A DNA stretch of 64,000 bases from a virus. Its lineage: Duplodnaviria > Heunggongvirae > Uroviricota > Caudoviricetes. Shown here piece by piece: positions 18,720 through 28,738 of the stretch. The DNA is taken from the IMG/VR virus record IMGVR_UViG_3300035688_000604; one strand, given 5' to 3'. The position numbers were made by a program, and so were the translations under genes. Each line of letters starts with the position of its first letter. The stretch's first letter is position 1. Under the pieces are notes generated by a model. That model ran no database searches and was not told where the DNA came from. It saw nothing but the letters and a program-made list of their open reading frames with translations.

Positions 18720-19116
18720 TCCCTAATCCTCTCCTTATTTCATCTTCTTTTTTCTTTTCCTTTTTGCATTTAAAGTAAAATCTCATGTTTGCTACTGGGG
18801 GATATATCTGAATTATAGCATAACCAAACAGAGTATAAATTATTGATGTTATGAAATCATATTGCATAAAGAAAATCAAAATAAACACCAAAGCGATGAG
18901 AAGAATTACTTTTGTGATAAAGAAATTGCCATTCTTGAATGCACCGATAGCACCATATTTTTCAAGTAATGCCCTTGTTCTTTTATTAGTTTCCCGATGT
19001 ATTTTATCTGGAAAATCCCTTGCTATTAAAAAAGTGGTAAGGCTATCGAGCAGTTCTAAAATTACATCGAGTAAAATCAAATCAGCCATCCATAATATTT
19101 GCAGTATGAAATTCAT
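18685..19116 (-). CDS. integral membrane protein
   Basis: 143 aa with hydrophobic helices. Confidence 0.4.
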   Translation of the reverse strand: MNFILQILWMADLILLDVILELLDSLTTFLIARDFPDKIHRETNKRTRALLEKYGAIGAFKNGNFFITKVILLIALVFILIFFMQYDFITSIIYTLFGYAIIQIYPPVANMRFYFKCKKEKKKEDEIRRGLGNVGQLPQNINQ

Positions 19117-19839
19117 TCAGACACCTAAATTAAATTTTAAAAATATTTCAGGAACTTCAATTCCCCTTTCTTTGCACCAATCAAAAACATTTTTATCGTG
19201 TTTAGAACAATTACATTTATAACAAGCGATGACCATATTTGAAATACCTGAACAGCCATTTGGGTCAATATGGTCATAAGTTAAAAGTTGTGGATGATAA
19301 TTAGGAATTGCAGGATATTCAAACACCTTTTTTTTGCAATAAACACATCTCATTCCATCTCTTTGTTTTATTAATTCTGAATCTTTGTAAGATATTAAAA
19401 CTGGGAATTTTTTTCTATAATTTAATTTGGCTCTCAATCTCGTAATTTTACCTTTTGGTGTTTTGCTATATTTTTTAGCATTCTTCAATCTAATTTCTCT
19501 ACCTTTTGGTGATTTGTTGTATTTTTTATTAATTTTTTTGCGAATTTCTTTTCCTTTAGCGGAATTCAAATATTTTTTTCTTGTTTCTTTTCCTTTTTGA
19601 GAATTTTGATATTTTTTTATTGTTTCCTTCCCCTTATTTTTATAATACCGTCTTAAAACTTCTTTTCCTTTTTCTGTTTTAGAATATTTTTCCATCGCTC
19701 TTATTTGAACATTTCTTCCTTTCACTGTATGATAATATTTTCGACTATATTCTCGACTATAACATTTTCCGCATAATTCTTTAGCATAATGTTTTTTTTT
19801 CTTCCCACAACTTTTACATTTAATTATTCGATACTTCAT
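19117..19839 (-). CDS. HNH endonuclease with N-terminal Zn-ribbon and K-rich tandem repeats (KGKE-I/T-RKKY x~7)
   Basis: C-terminal HNH-type motif CVYCKKK...YDHIDPNGCSGISNMVIACYKCNCSKHDKN. Repeats KTEKGKEVLRRYYKNKGKETIKKYQNSQKGKETRKKYLNSAKGKEIRKKINKKYNKSPKGREIRLKNAKKYSKTPKGKITRL. Confidence 0.6.
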   Translation of the reverse strand: MKYRIIKCKSCGKKKKHYAKELCGKCYSREYSRKYYHTVKGRNVQIRAMEKYSKTEKGKEVLRRYYKNKGKETIKKYQNSQKGKETRKKYLNSAKGKEIRKKINKKYNKSPKGREIRLKNAKKYSKTPKGKITRLRAKLNYRKKFPVLISYKDSELIKQRDGMRCVYCKKKVFEYPAIPNYHPQLLTYDHIDPNGCSGISNMVIACYKCNCSKHDKNVFDWCKERGIEVPEIFLKFNLGV

Positions 19840-19843
19840 AAAA

Positions 19844-21274
19844 TCAAATCTTCAAAAAGTAGTTTATGAAACTTCTAAAACCATGATAAAGTCTATGAAT
19901 ATCGGATTTTGATTTGATATTAAATAATAATTCAGTCATTTTCCCTCTTCGTAAATAGAATTCTTTCAATCCCCTATCAACAAATTCTTCCATTTCTTGT
20001 TTTGAGAGTTGAGGATACGACAAAACTGTTGATTGCTCGAAATTCTCATCAACCCATTCATTCCAATCTTTTGCGATTATAAATCCATTCTCTTTTGCCC
20101 ACCTATAGAATGGAGTCGCTGGATAAGGAACTATCACTGAAAACTGAGCAGTCGTGGGGTTCAATTCTTTTGCGAACTCTATCGTCTGCAACGCAGATTC
20201 TCTCGTTTCATTTGGAGCACCAATCATGAAACAACCATTGACTTTTATATCATTCATCTTTGTTAACCTTGAGAACAGCCTCATCTCTGCAAGGGTTATA
20301 TTTTTGTTGACGACATTAAGTGATTGCTGAGAACCGAATTCATATCCGACACATAAATCCCTGAGACCGCAACTTTTCATCGTCCTTAATAAAGTTGTAT
20401 CTGCAATGTTAGGTCTTGCGTTGGCACTCCAAGTAAAATCGAGACCACGATTCATTATCTCCCAACAAAAATCCCAAGCATCCTGATAATTTTCTTTTGA
20501 AACAAGTGTATCATCCTCAATCATTATTTCTTTCAGCATTGGGAACAATTCAAAATCATGTTCAATCTCATCGAGTCTTCTTCTTGCAGACTGTTTTCTC
20601 AATTCACCACCAGAAATTGTAAATCTGTTTCCACAAAAGGTGCATGCATTTACACAACTTCTGCTTCCAATCTGAGTTATGAATGGATATAGTTTTCCCG
20701 CATCTTCATAATCGAAAATATCCAAAAATTCCCACGCAGGAAAAGGAAGATTATCCAAATTAGTAATAAATGGTCTTGGTTTGTTAACTATTATTCTCTT
20801 TCCCTTTCTGTATGCGATTCCCAAACATTGCTCAATAGGAACTCTTTGATTAGCCAAATCTGCAATCGTATAGTCAAATTCATTCATCGCTATGATGTCA
20901 ACCTTGTCCGAAATCTGTAAAGTCTCTGTCGGCAATGCTGAAGGATGAGCACCAACAAGAACCGTCTTGCAGTTTGGGTCTTTTATTTTGACTTGCTCTG
21001 CAAAAGCAATGTCGTTATAAATGCTCGGAGTTGTAGCCCAGATTACTGTAATGTCTGGTTTGAAAAATTCTAAGATTTCAAGTGTTTTGTGATAAGGAAG
21101 GTTTTTAGCCTGTGCATCCAATAAATAAACTTGATGACCAAATTGCCTAACAAAAGCAGTAGCCATCGCTAAATAATCTGGATGCCTCTGCACCCTTCCA
21201 CGAGATTTAGCGTGCCATCTTGCAGATTTCGAGAAATCTTTTGAATACATCGGGTTAACAAAAAACACTCTCAT
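19844..21274 (-). CDS. B12-binding-domain radical SAM enzyme
   Basis: CxxxCxxC cluster SRSCVNACTFCGN. N-terminal region consistent with a B12-binding domain. 476 aa. Confidence 0.65.
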   Translation of the reverse strand: MRVFFVNPMYSKDFSKSARWHAKSRGRVQRHPDYLAMATAFVRQFGHQVYLLDAQAKNLPYHKTLEILEFFKPDITVIWATTPSIYNDIAFAEQVKIKDPNCKTVLVGAHPSALPTETLQISDKVDIIAMNEFDYTIADLANQRVPIEQCLGIAYRKGKRIIVNKPRPFITNLDNLPFPAWEFLDIFDYEDAGKLYPFITQIGSRSCVNACTFCGNRFTISGGELRKQSARRRLDEIEHDFELFPMLKEIMIEDDTLVSKENYQDAWDFCWEIMNRGLDFTWSANARPNIADTTLLRTMKSCGLRDLCVGYEFGSQQSLNVVNKNITLAEMRLFSRLTKMNDIKVNGCFMIGAPNETRESALQTIEFAKELNPTTAQFSVIVPYPATPFYRWAKENGFIIAKDWNEWVDENFEQSTVLSYPQLSKQEMEEFVDRGLKEFYLRRGKMTELLFNIKSKSDIHRLYHGFRSFINYFLKI

Positions 21275-21349
21275 CCTATCGCCTTCTTCTTATAATATTT
21301 AAGTGAAACTAACAAAGCGAGTATAAAAGCAATGAGTTGAATCAAAATA

Positions 21350-21547
21350 TCAATCAACCCTTTCTGGTTTCTTTTTTGGTTCGCCAAGATTATTATAACA
21401 CCTCATGCAAATATAGTATACTCTTTTCCTACCTTTTCTTTCCGCTTGTTGACCTACATGCAATCTTTCTTTACAAAGTTTGCAGTGTGGTTCATATCTA
21501 TTAAAAAGATTTTCAGACACAGTAACTATTCTTGAAATAAAAATCAC
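21350..21547 (-). CDS. small Zn-ribbon protein
   Basis: CKLCKERL...CMRCYNNL. Confidence 0.35.
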   Translation of the reverse strand: MIFISRIVTVSENLFNRYEPHCKLCKERLHVGQQAERKGRKRVYYICMRCYNNLGEPKKKPERVD

Positions 21548-22218
21548 CTCACACCGTTTAGTTTCATTTTGAAATAACAGACTACTCCACCGATGGCATT
21601 TTTTAAACCGTCTTTTATAGTCACACCTTTTCCTTTGATGTAATCAGATGGAATCGGAACAAACTTTATTTTATATCCGAGACGACCAGCGATTATATTC
21701 ATCTCCATTTCGACTGCATATTTTCTTGATGAAGAATATTTCAATATGTCTCTAAGCAACGGAGTTCTTATTGCTCTCATTCCAGATTCAGAATCTTTTA
21801 TGTTTGTTCCAGCGAGCAATGAACACCATCTCGACAAAAACCAGTTACCAAATTTTTTATGGGTGGGATAATCTCTAATATATCTCCAGCCAACACACAT
21901 ATCATTGTCTTTCATAAACTCAAGTAAATCAGGAATCGATTCGACTGGATGTTGCCCATCTGCATCCAAAAAAATAACAACATCATCTTCATTTAAAATT
22001 TTATTCCAAAAAAGCCACAACACCCCGCTTCTCAATGTAGTTCCTTTACCGAGATTACATGGATTTGAGATGACATCAGCATTACTGACTCTTGCAGTCA
22101 TGTCTGAACTTCCATCATCAAAAACATAAATCATATCACAAAACTTCCTCGCCTTTTTCACTACTTCCCCTATCGTGTTCTCCTCATTCTTTGCGGGAAT
22201 AATGGCAATTATTTTCAT
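21544..22218 (-). CDS. family 2 glycosyltransferase (dolichyl-phosphate sugar synthase-like)
   Basis: MKIIAIIPAKNEENTIGEVV...VFDDGSSDMT and FLDADGQH match GT2 signatures. Confidence 0.65.
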   Translation of the reverse strand: MKIIAIIPAKNEENTIGEVVKKARKFCDMIYVFDDGSSDMTARVSNADVISNPCNLGKGTTLRSGVLWLFWNKILNEDDVVIFLDADGQHPVESIPDLLEFMKDNDMCVGWRYIRDYPTHKKFGNWFLSRWCSLLAGTNIKDSESGMRAIRTPLLRDILKYSSSRKYAVEMEMNIIAGRLGYKIKFVPIPSDYIKGKGVTIKDGLKNAIGGVVCYFKMKLNGVR

Positions 22219-22380
22219 TAAACTTCCTCACAATATTTTTCTTTGCATTCTGCACATATTTTGAAACCAAGTTTCCTGAGATAATATGTCGCCTTTTTGT
22301 TGCAGAATGAACAAAATCCAGCATAACCTTCTGGCATACCTTCAAGTTCATCATTCACCTTTACCACAACTTTCATCAAA
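22219..22380 (-). CDS. small Zn-ribbon protein (53 aa)
   Basis: Manual translation gives MKVVVKVNDELEGMPEGYAGFCSFCNKKATYYLRKLGFKICAECKEKYCEEV. Below the ORF-track length cutoff. Confidence 0.3.
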
Positions 22381-22519
22381 TCACCATTTTTTTTGGTCTC
22401 CTATCAGAGTTGTCCAGTCAATGCAAGACTTACTCTCGATGTTTATGCCTTACATCAACCTTCTTGCCGAGCAAGGTAGAGAGTGCCTTTACCCGTAACC
22501 CTGACAGAGAGATTTCCAA

Positions 22520-23104
22520 TCATTTCCTCACGACTATGAAATTTGTGACATACCACTTCAGCAACGGATATGTTAAATAAAATTCAACGAAACCAGCGAA
22601 TGCTAATACACCCAATAAAATTAACCAGAAAACAATAGACCTTTTCCAATTTTTCTTGAAATTTATGGCAACATAAGGAAGGAAGAAGAATGAAAGTAAT
22701 TCTGGTATCCCATGAGGAGTCAAACCTATTATTGCAAGCATCGGGTCTACAGCAGATGCTGTTGTTATGACGCTTCCAAGGACGACTCCTAAAGTGAAAT
22801 AATTAAAGGATAAAAGAGCGAGTGAAACAAAACTAAAAATCGTCATGACTATAAAGATGCTGTAATTATGAATTATCAAACTCCAGACAGTTGTGTGTTC
22901 TGTTTTTTGGACTCCTTCAATCATAATCTTCACTGTATTTGGAACAAAGATTGAAAGCAAACAGCCAAACATCGCACCCATCATCATTAAAGCAAGATAA
23001 AATCTTTTTGGTTTGGCTTTTATATACTCATCAAACTTCCACCACCAAATTATTTTCTTTCTCCAATTAATTTTTTTCTTTGGCATTGAACCCCCTATTT
23101 CCAT
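22520..23104 (-). CDS. polytopic membrane protein
   Basis: 194 aa with four or more TM helices, inside the glycosylation cluster. Confidence 0.45.
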   Translation of the reverse strand: MEIGGSMPKKKINWRKKIIWWWKFDEYIKAKPKRFYLALMMMGAMFGCLLSIFVPNTVKIMIEGVQKTEHTTVWSLIIHNYSIFIVMTIFSFVSLALLSFNYFTLGVVLGSVITTASAVDPMLAIIGLTPHGIPELLSFFFLPYVAINFKKNWKRSIVFWLILLGVLAFAGFVEFYLTYPLLKWYVTNFIVVRK

Positions 23105-23385
23105 CGTCCATATTTTATTTTTGTGTCTATGATTAATCTTAACAGGCTGTTGAGTTCATTTTTATTCTCTGCATGAATAGTTTGATTTATGTCCATGCGA
23201 ACTCTTCTCGGTATCGTGCTTTTCTTATCCTTAACTATGCCACACTGATATTCAACTAAAAAATTAAGGTTTTGCTCAAACTTTTCTACGACATTAACCA
23301 TTGTTTGCAAATCATCAAACTTCCATTTTTCATCCTTTATTACAACATCCCATTCTTTTCCTCTATCAAATATTTCTATACTCAC
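23095..23385 (-). CDS. hypothetical protein
   Basis: 96 aa ORF. Confidence 0.3.
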   Translation of the reverse strand: MSIEIFDRGKEWDVVIKDEKWKFDDLQTMVNVVEKFEQNLNFLVEYQCGIVKDKKSTIPRRVRMDINQTIHAENKNELNSLLRLIIDTKIKYGRWK

Positions 23386-23678
23386 TCTATCACCAACTTT
23401 TTCTTTATCAATTCCAAATCTTCCTTTATCTCTTCAATTCTATTATGAAGATTCATGATGTCATTCTCATACTTGAAAATTTTCAAAATTTCAACATCAA
23501 CATAACCAAGAATTATAGAAGGTATTATTGTCAGAGGTATCAAAGACCAGAATGATAAGTTGATTCCCCATATTTTGATGAATGTCCCAATTACCAAGAT
23601 GAAATTAACTACACTCCCATAAATCATTGCTCTCTGTAAGTATACTTTCAACTTTGCAAGAATCTTTATTATGTTCAT
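23382..23678 (-). CDS. small membrane protein with coiled C-terminus
   Basis: 98 aa with two hydrophobic helices. Confidence 0.35.
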   Translation of the reverse strand: MNIIKILAKLKVYLQRAMIYGSVVNFILVIGTFIKIWGINLSFWSLIPLTIIPSIILGYVDVEILKIFKYENDIMNLHNRIEEIKEDLELIKKKLVIE

Positions 23679-23793
23679 TTATTTTTCTCCCTTAATTTTC
23701 TAAAATATTCCTTTCTTTCGAGTCGAGCCTTTTCCTTCCTTAATCTTCTTCTTTCTTTTCGTCTTTTACCAGTAGAAGTTCTTGTCTTAGCCA

Positions 23794-24723
23794 TTATCTC
23801 ATCCTTATCTCCCAAAGTTTTTCAGTTGACATGGGTTTAATTCCCCATAACACGAGTGCGTGTGCATACGATAAGAAAGTTACAAGTATCCATGTGAGAA
23901 TCGAAAATATCATGTGGATTGAATGAATCTCCAACATTCCTTTTATAATGAATATGGTCATCGGTAGATAAAAATTCTTTGTGCTCGTGCTGTATTTGAA
24001 ACTGTGGCGAATCTGCTTTCTCGCAAGATGACCACGAAGTTTCTGTTTGTATAATCTTGCAAGAGAAATATGCTTGTATATCACAACATGATGAGGAATC
24101 TCAATGTCTTCAAGAATTACAATTTTGTATCCCTTCCTAACAATATCAAAGACCCTCTCCAAATCATCAGCACTTGTCATCGCCTTTGTTATAAGTTTTT
24201 TTCTGATGATATTTAGGAAGAATGGAAAATACATCTTATCAATATCAACATAAAGAATTCCATTCTCTCTTTTCGTGTAATATTTTTTTTTGAATTTCAT
24301 CAAAAAATAATCAGACCAAGCATCACCCATGTATGCTACGCCTCTGCTCTTTTTCCAGTTCTCAAAAGTCATAGACCATGAATTTGCTATCCCGCCCACT
24401 TTTTTATCCTTGAAAGAATCAACGAGTGAATCAAGAGATTTTTCTCCAGACAATAACCAATCAGCATCATGAACGATTATGATTTCTCCACTTGCTTTTT
24501 CAACAAGCCTATTTAATATCCCATGCTTCCCAAGTTTGTTCTTTGATTCTATGAATTTGACATCACTATAGCGTTGAACTATCTCCTTAGTATCGTCAGT
24601 GCATGCATCAAGTCCGACTATGATTTCATCTCCCTTTCTTTTGTATACTTCAATGTTGTCCAGACATTTCTCTATGTTCTCCTGTTCATTATGTGCTGGG
24701 ACTAAAAAGGAAATGTTCATCAT
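23794..24723 (-). CDS. family 2 glycosyltransferase
   Basis: NISFLVPAHNEQENIEKCLDNI, DAD-type motif, and a C-terminal TM helix. Confidence 0.6.
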   Translation of the reverse strand: MMNISFLVPAHNEQENIEKCLDNIEVYKRKGDEIIVGLDACTDDTKEIVQRYSDVKFIESKNKLGKHGILNRLVEKASGEIIIVHDADWLLSGEKSLDSLVDSFKDKKVGGIANSWSMTFENWKKSRGVAYMGDAWSDYFLMKFKKKYYTKRENGILYVDIDKMYFPFFLNIIRKKLITKAMTSADDLERVFDIVRKGYKIVILEDIEIPHHVVIYKHISLARLYKQKLRGHLARKQIRHSFKYSTSTKNFYLPMTIFIIKGMLEIHSIHMIFSILTWILVTFLSYAHALVLWGIKPMSTEKLWEIRMR

Positions 24724-25430
24724 GCCTCACCAAAAAGATAAAACCAAAGATAATAGATGTTGTATTTCAACCTGAACTCTGTAAAGACAGAAAATAAAAC
24801 ATTCATAAAAGGTCTGAAAATCATGAACAAACTTCTATGTTTCCAAGTCAAGTAAGCATCTCCAACCGCATATCTTCTTGCTTTTTCTTTTTCAGACATC
24901 TTTTCAAAAGAACCGATATGAAAAACTTTTGCAGATGGACAACCGTAGACTTTGTATCCTTTCCTCTTGATTCTCTCGTTCATATCCCTGTCATCAGCAT
25001 AGTAAGGAAGCATCGGGTCGAAAGGAATTTCATCAAGGACTTCTCTTCTGTAAGCAGTATTGCAATGGTGAACTATAGTGAATTTGCGAGGAATCTTATT
25101 TTTTATTTCCCTGTAAAGAACAGAACCACGAACAATCTTGACATTCGAGTTTTTAAATTTCTCCACGATTCTTTCTATCCAAAAAGGAGAAAGATATGTA
25201 TCCATATCAGTAAAGAGTAGTATGTCACCAGTAGAGTTCTTCACTCCGATACTTCGCTGGTATGATGCTGAGATTGGCTCGCAAAATATTATCTTGTCAA
25301 CAAAAGGTTTTGCAATCTTTGGTGTTCTGTCATTTGAACTGTCCACCAAAATAATTTCATCTGGTTTCATTGTCTGACTCCTTAAACTATAAAAAAATGA
25401 CTTGGCATATCTTTCCTCATTACGACTCAC
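24720..25430 (-). CDS. family 2 glycosyltransferase
   Basis: GT2-like N-terminus with DxD motif FTDMDT. Start overlaps the upstream gene. Confidence 0.55.
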   Translation of the reverse strand: MSRNEERYAKSFFYSLRSQTMKPDEIILVDSSNDRTPKIAKPFVDKIIFCEPISASYQRSIGVKNSTGDILLFTDMDTYLSPFWIERIVEKFKNSNVKIVRGSVLYREIKNKIPRKFTIVHHCNTAYRREVLDEIPFDPMLPYYADDRDMNERIKRKGYKVYGCPSAKVFHIGSFEKMSEKEKARRYAVGDAYLTWKHRSLFMIFRPFMNVLFSVFTEFRLKYNIYYLWFYLFGEA

Positions 25431-26952
25431 TAATATTAAACTGAGTTTGATTTTTTACCACCTCATAAATCTCACCCATATCATTACCGAAGACCTTTGT
25501 AAAATGAATCGTGTCTTGATTGATATTGTTCAAAAAATTGTAAGTGAATATTCCATACAAGTTGCTTTGGGGAAGAACATAATCGTTTCCGATGATTCCA
25601 CGCCAGACATAAATATAATCTGCTTTCTGGGTAATCAAATCATTGAATATAATTGCAGTATCATTAGACCTCATTATCTCTGGGAATTTTGAAGTGACCC
25701 AAGTATAATTTCTCTGTGCATAATAGTAGACACTACCACCGTATGCAGTGAATACTGTAGAATTTTGGGGGGTGTTATCTCTAATCCAATAAAGACCGTC
25801 TATGTAAGTTTGCTCCCATCTATGTTGAGATGATGTTGATTGGACTGTCGTGATTGAATTATACAGAAAATATGTGACCAGAACCGAAAGAACAATAAAG
25901 AAAACCCATCTTCTTTTTGTTGTGTTTTCTATGACCTCGCCTAATTCTTTCCAGTATCCGATAGTCAAGAAAGCCATGAAAGGATAAATGATAGCAAGAT
26001 ACCTGACTTCATGCGAGAATTTGAGAAACGCTGACATCACAAGGAAAAATGCTATCGCAAAAAAAGGAAGTTTAATTATTTTATCGTCTTCTTGTTTGTG
26101 ATAGGTATAAGCAAATCCTATAAAGATGAATGCCATCTGCCAGAAACCAATGCTTGAAACAAGGTCTACTACAAAAATCTTTCCAACAGCCTCAAACTCT
26201 GGGAGAGTTGTCGAAGGATAAGGATTCCCATGAATCATATACCAGACATCATTGAACATGAAGACTGCTGGAATCTTATAGACGGAAATGTCATAAAGAA
26301 CAAACAATCCAATAATTGCCAAAGGTATGACCATTGATATACCAATATATTTCCAACCAAACTTAGCCCATATCATGTAAGACAACAATATCGGAAAGAA
26401 TAACAATGCAGATTGTTTTGAGAAGAATGATAATGCTACAATGAATCCGAGAATGACCGCATACTTTATGTTTTTCTCCCTTGTTAGAATAAAAATAATC
26501 AAAGAAGAAAAGAAGGCGACAATCACTTCCACATAGGCAAGCATGAGAAAATGAGAGAAATATAAAAATGAAAGTAATAATGTTGATGTCAGAATCGCTG
26601 GAGCGATTCCTTTTATTTTTTCAACGGCAAAATAAAGCATCACGACTGCAAAGAACCCAAATATGCATGATACGATTTTTAAAACCGCAAGTTTGATTCC
26701 AAATATATGAAAAAGAATCGAGGATAAGAAGGACAACAACAAAGGTGCAGTAATAGGCTGACCGTCCCATGTGAAACCTGTATAGTTTCCTCTAAACATC
26801 TCCACTGCAATCCTGAAATAGGAAGCCTCATCTTCTCCAAGATAATCTGTCTTCGATGCCGAATACATGAAAAAAACAAAAAGACCGAAAAGAATTATAA
26901 GAAATATTGTCTCAAGTGTGCTCTCATTAAGTTGCAATTCTATTGTCTTCAA
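25420..26952 (-). CDS. GT-C fold membrane glycosyltransferase (PMT/ArnT-like dolichyl-phosphate-sugar transferase family)
   Basis: 510 aa with more than 10 TM helices. First-loop DE motif GEDEASYFRIA. No WWDYG oligosaccharyltransferase motif seen. Confidence 0.6.
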   Translation of the reverse strand: MKTIELQLNESTLETIFLIILFGLFVFFMYSASKTDYLGEDEASYFRIAVEMFRGNYTGFTWDGQPITAPLLLSFLSSILFHIFGIKLAVLKIVSCIFGFFAVVMLYFAVEKIKGIAPAILTSTLLLSFLYFSHFLMLAYVEVIVAFFSSLIIFILTREKNIKYAVILGFIVALSFFSKQSALLFFPILLSYMIWAKFGWKYIGISMVIPLAIIGLFVLYDISVYKIPAVFMFNDVWYMIHGNPYPSTTLPEFEAVGKIFVVDLVSSIGFWQMAFIFIGFAYTYHKQEDDKIIKLPFFAIAFFLVMSAFLKFSHEVRYLAIIYPFMAFLTIGYWKELGEVIENTTKRRWVFFIVLSVLVTYFLYNSITTVQSTSSQHRWEQTYIDGLYWIRDNTPQNSTVFTAYGGSVYYYAQRNYTWVTSKFPEIMRSNDTAIIFNDLITQKADYIYVWRGIIGNDYVLPQSNLYGIFTYNFLNNINQDTIHFTKVFGNDMGEIYEVVKNQTQFNISES

Positions 26953-27224
26953 GCAATCACCTTATTTACCACTCTTAAAACTTCAAAGATGTGTTGTGCT
27001 ACTTCTCTTCCTTCATTACTCAGTGATAAAATCATTGTGCGTCCTGATTTCTTCTTCAAAACAAGACCGAAGTTTTTTAAATCCTCAGTCATCTTCCAAA
27101 TTTGCGAGTATGCTATTCCAGTCATGCTCTGGATTGCTGACATGTTTAGGTTGTTATTCAGGAGAAGAAAGAGTATTTTGCACCTGACAGCAGAACCAAA
27201 AAATTTGAAGGAATTGTCTTTCAT
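26949..27224 (-). CDS. ArsR/MarR-like winged-helix transcription regulator
   Basis: KILFLLLNNNLNMSAIQSMTGIAYSQIWKMTEDLKNFGLVLKKKSGR shows an HTH plus wing. Sits at the downstream end of the MVHK array. Confidence 0.5.
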   Translation of the reverse strand: MKDNSFKFFGSAVRCKILFLLLNNNLNMSAIQSMTGIAYSQIWKMTEDLKNFGLVLKKKSGRTMILSLSNEGREVAQHIFEVLRVVNKVIA

Positions 27225-27548
27225 AGATAAACTATATGATTCCCGCTATATAAACTTTATATCCACTCAAGTAGAAAAGTATGATATGACTAAGGAAGAG
27301 TTACAGAGACTTCTTGATTTCTATAACGAAGAACTTGAAAAGAACAAAAAACTATTGATGAACACTGCAAAACTGAAAGAAATAAAACACATTCAAAACA
27401 AGATTAACTTTTATAATGAAAGGATAAAGGAATTATCTTTCATGACATAAACATGAGCAATATTCTGGATGTGGTTTTTCTGGGTCATGACATTTTCTGC
27501 AACATCTACCACGTTCTTTCTCCCATTTGGTTATTTTCTTATGAACCA

Positions 27549-27722
27549 TTATAATTCTAACCTCTTTATATTGCCTCGTTTATCTTCTATCTCTATCTCC
27601 TTCTCATAACCAGTCCCAAAATTTCTTCTCCACCATCGTAAAAATTCTATATCTGTTTCATCTTTCATTAAAAAATGCTCTTTCATTTTATCCAATATTT
27701 TTCTCTTAATTGTATGAACCAA
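27549..27722 (-). CDS. MVHK-array small protein 1 (57 aa, TTG start, (M)VHT...)
   Basis: TTG start preceded by GGTGA. Its TAA stop overlaps a degenerate remnant junction TAATGGTTCATAG. Manual translation. Confidence 0.45.
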   Translation of the reverse strand: MVHTIKRKILDKMKEHFLMKDETDIEFLRWWRRNFGTGYEKEIEIEDKRGNIKRLEL

Positions 27723-27923
27723 CTATTTCACCTTTCTAACTTCTTTATCTGCTTTTATTGACTTCAGATATTTAGAAGCACTTTTGTAACTCGAAAAATA
27801 TCCATGAGAAACCACATTAAAAAAAGGATGGGTTGTTTCTTGAACTTCCCATGAAGTTTTTATTCTTTCAGAATATGGAATACTTTTCCAGTGAACTATA
27901 TCAAATTTCAGTTTATGAACCAT
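27723..27923 (-). CDS. MVHK-array small protein 2 (66 aa)
   Basis: Junction tatgaaccat (RC ATGGTTCATAAA). The upstream extension in the ORF track is an artefact. Confidence 0.55.
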   Translation of the reverse strand: MVHKLKFDIVHWKSIPYSERIKTSWEVQETTHPFFNVVSHGYFSSYKSASKYLKSIKADKEVRKVK

Positions 27924-28180
27924 TATTTCTTTGCCTTTATTATTTTTATTTCTGCAACATCTCCTAATTTTACCATTTTCCAATTTTCAGGTCTTTTCCA
28001 TCCCTTCGGTAATTTTTCAAGACATTCATGGGCTTGACCCATTTCCATAGGATGCTTCCAACCACAATTTTGACATCTTGGATAGATTTGACCATAATGA
28101 TTAGTTGATTGATATGATACAAAACCACATTTAGTGCATCTGTATTTCTTTTGTGATATTTTTCCTATAGTGTGAACCAT
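27923..28180 (-). CDS. MVHK-array small protein 3 (85 aa, MVHT, Zn-ribbon)
   Basis: CTKCG...CQNCG. Its TAA overlaps the next ATG (TAATG). Confidence 0.55.
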   Translation of the reverse strand: MVHTIGKISQKKYRCTKCGFVSYQSTNHYGQIYPRCQNCGWKHPMEMGQAHECLEKLPKGWKRPENWKMVKLGDVAEIKIIKAKK

Positions 28181-28182
28181 TA

Positions 28183-28560
28183 TTATTCAACTTCTATGAT
28201 TTTTTTAACATCATTTCCAATATATTGACTGTTTCTGATGCTTGTTTTATTAGGTGCATAAAATTCATAAATATCTCCATATTTTGTCTTGACCCAGAAT
28301 TTCTTCATAACTGGTCTGAAATTAAATTTCACACCTTGTAAAGGTATGCTATCTTTAAAAAAAGAATTTCCTCTTATTCCTTCAAATATTCTGTCTTTGT
28401 CAGATTGAGTCCAATTCCCAGAAAATGCTTTTTGATGTAATTTCCATATATCAGTTCCTCTTACATCTTCTACAACACCTAACTCATTAAACGGTGCAAT
28501 ATATTCTTCATGATTCATTATCTGAAGATGTCCTTTTGATTTCTTTAATTTATGAACCAT
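28183..28560 (-). CDS. MVHK-array small protein 4 (125 aa)
   Basis: ATGGTTCATAAA start at 28558-60. Confidence 0.55.
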   Translation of the reverse strand: MVHKLKKSKGHLQIMNHEEYIAPFNELGVVEDVRGTDIWKLHQKAFSGNWTQSDKDRIFEGIRGNSFFKDSIPLQGVKFNFRPVMKKFWVKTKYGDIYEFYAPNKTSIRNSQYIGNDVKKIIEVE

Positions 28561-28736
28561 CAAAACAACCTTCTTTTCTTTTTCATTCCCTTTTCAGTCA
28601 TCTCCATCTCATAACCAGAAGTAACATGAACTTTAGACATGAGTGAAGAGACTTGCTTTCTGAATTCTTCTGGTGATACATTTACACCGCCAACTGCGAA
28701 CATGACTTTTGATTTGATTTCTTTTTTATGAACCAT
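28560..28736 (-). CDS. MVHK-array small protein 5 (58 aa)
   Basis: Manual translation gives MVHKKEIKSKVMFAVGGVNVSPEEFRKQVSSLMSKVHVTSGYEMEMTEKGMKKKRRLF. Its TGA overlaps the next ATG. Confidence 0.45.
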   Translation of the reverse strand: MVHKKEIKSKVMFAVGGVNVSPEEFRKQVSSLMSKVHVTSGYEMEMTEKGMKKKRRLF

Positions 28737-28738
28737 TT

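Noticed and set aside
22381-22519. GC-richer 140 bp non-coding segment upstream of 22219..22380 as a C/D-box sRNA
   Set aside because: I could not find convincing paired C (RUGAUGA) and D (CUGA) boxes with a terminal stem on either strand.
26932-27450. 172 aa plus-strand ORF overlapping the winged-helix regulator gene antisense
   Set aside because: The first half is antisense to a well-supported minus-strand gene. Only the last ~55 codons (from about 27286) lie in otherwise non-coding DNA, so it was not called as a gene.
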